Part shown: positions 63,917 to 64,000 of the stretch, one piece after another
Layout of the letters: each line of letters begins with the position of its first letter
How positions within the stretch are numbered: the first letter of the stretch is position 1
From: a virus
IMG/VR virus record: IMGVR_UViG_3300032304_000650
Coordinates: 2,751-66,750 of that record
Reading direction: 5' to 3' (one strand)
Length of the DNA stretch: 64,000 nucleotides
Notes under the pieces: generated by a model
The model's database searches: none
The model's input: the letters and a program-made list of their open reading frames with translations, nothing else
What the model was told of the DNA's origin: nothing
Made by a program: the position numbers and the translations under genes

Positions 63917-64000
63917 AGTAGCTGAAGTATATGTAACAAACGTATACTCAAAAGGATTAGAACACAATTTTGACATCCTTCACAGCCACACAGATGGAAC

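Noticed and set aside
1-64000. Stop-codon reassignment as in some crAss-like phages
   Set aside because: Long genes are intact in the standard code, and TAG, TGA and TAA all end genes at sensible boundaries.

Overview
The window is most of the genome of a tailed (podovirus-type) dsDNA phage of a Bacteroidota host. It uses the standard genetic code. A plus-strand early/replication arm (56.5-64 kb, resuming at 1-5.7 kb) holds many small ORFs, a DUF932 protein, a DnaA-C-like protein, an SSB-like protein, a primase-helicase, nucleases and a metallophosphoesterase. A minus-strand late arm (5.7-55.2 kb) has crAss-like/phi38:1-like gene order: terminase, portal, scaffold, major capsid, ring proteins, muzzle, ejection proteins, three tail fibres and a GH19 lysis cassette. 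It is punctuated by about 15 Bacteroidota TAnnTTTG promoter elements. The most unusual signals are: (1) an early transcript that begins with about 330 nt of densely base-paired RNA followed by two textbook hammerhead ribozymes flanking two small ORFs; (2) a muzzle/tail-stabilisation gene whose N-terminal ~60 aa is split off and present twice, once alone and once fused to an 810-aa Cys-rich repeat protein; (3) a secreted envelope module of CsgG-like, cohesin-dockerin, T9SS-CTD-like and barrel-like proteins between the tail and lysis genes; (4) a 2483-aa polyvalent ejection protein with peptidase and methyltransferase motifs. All family assignments are from motif recognition by eye, not database searches.
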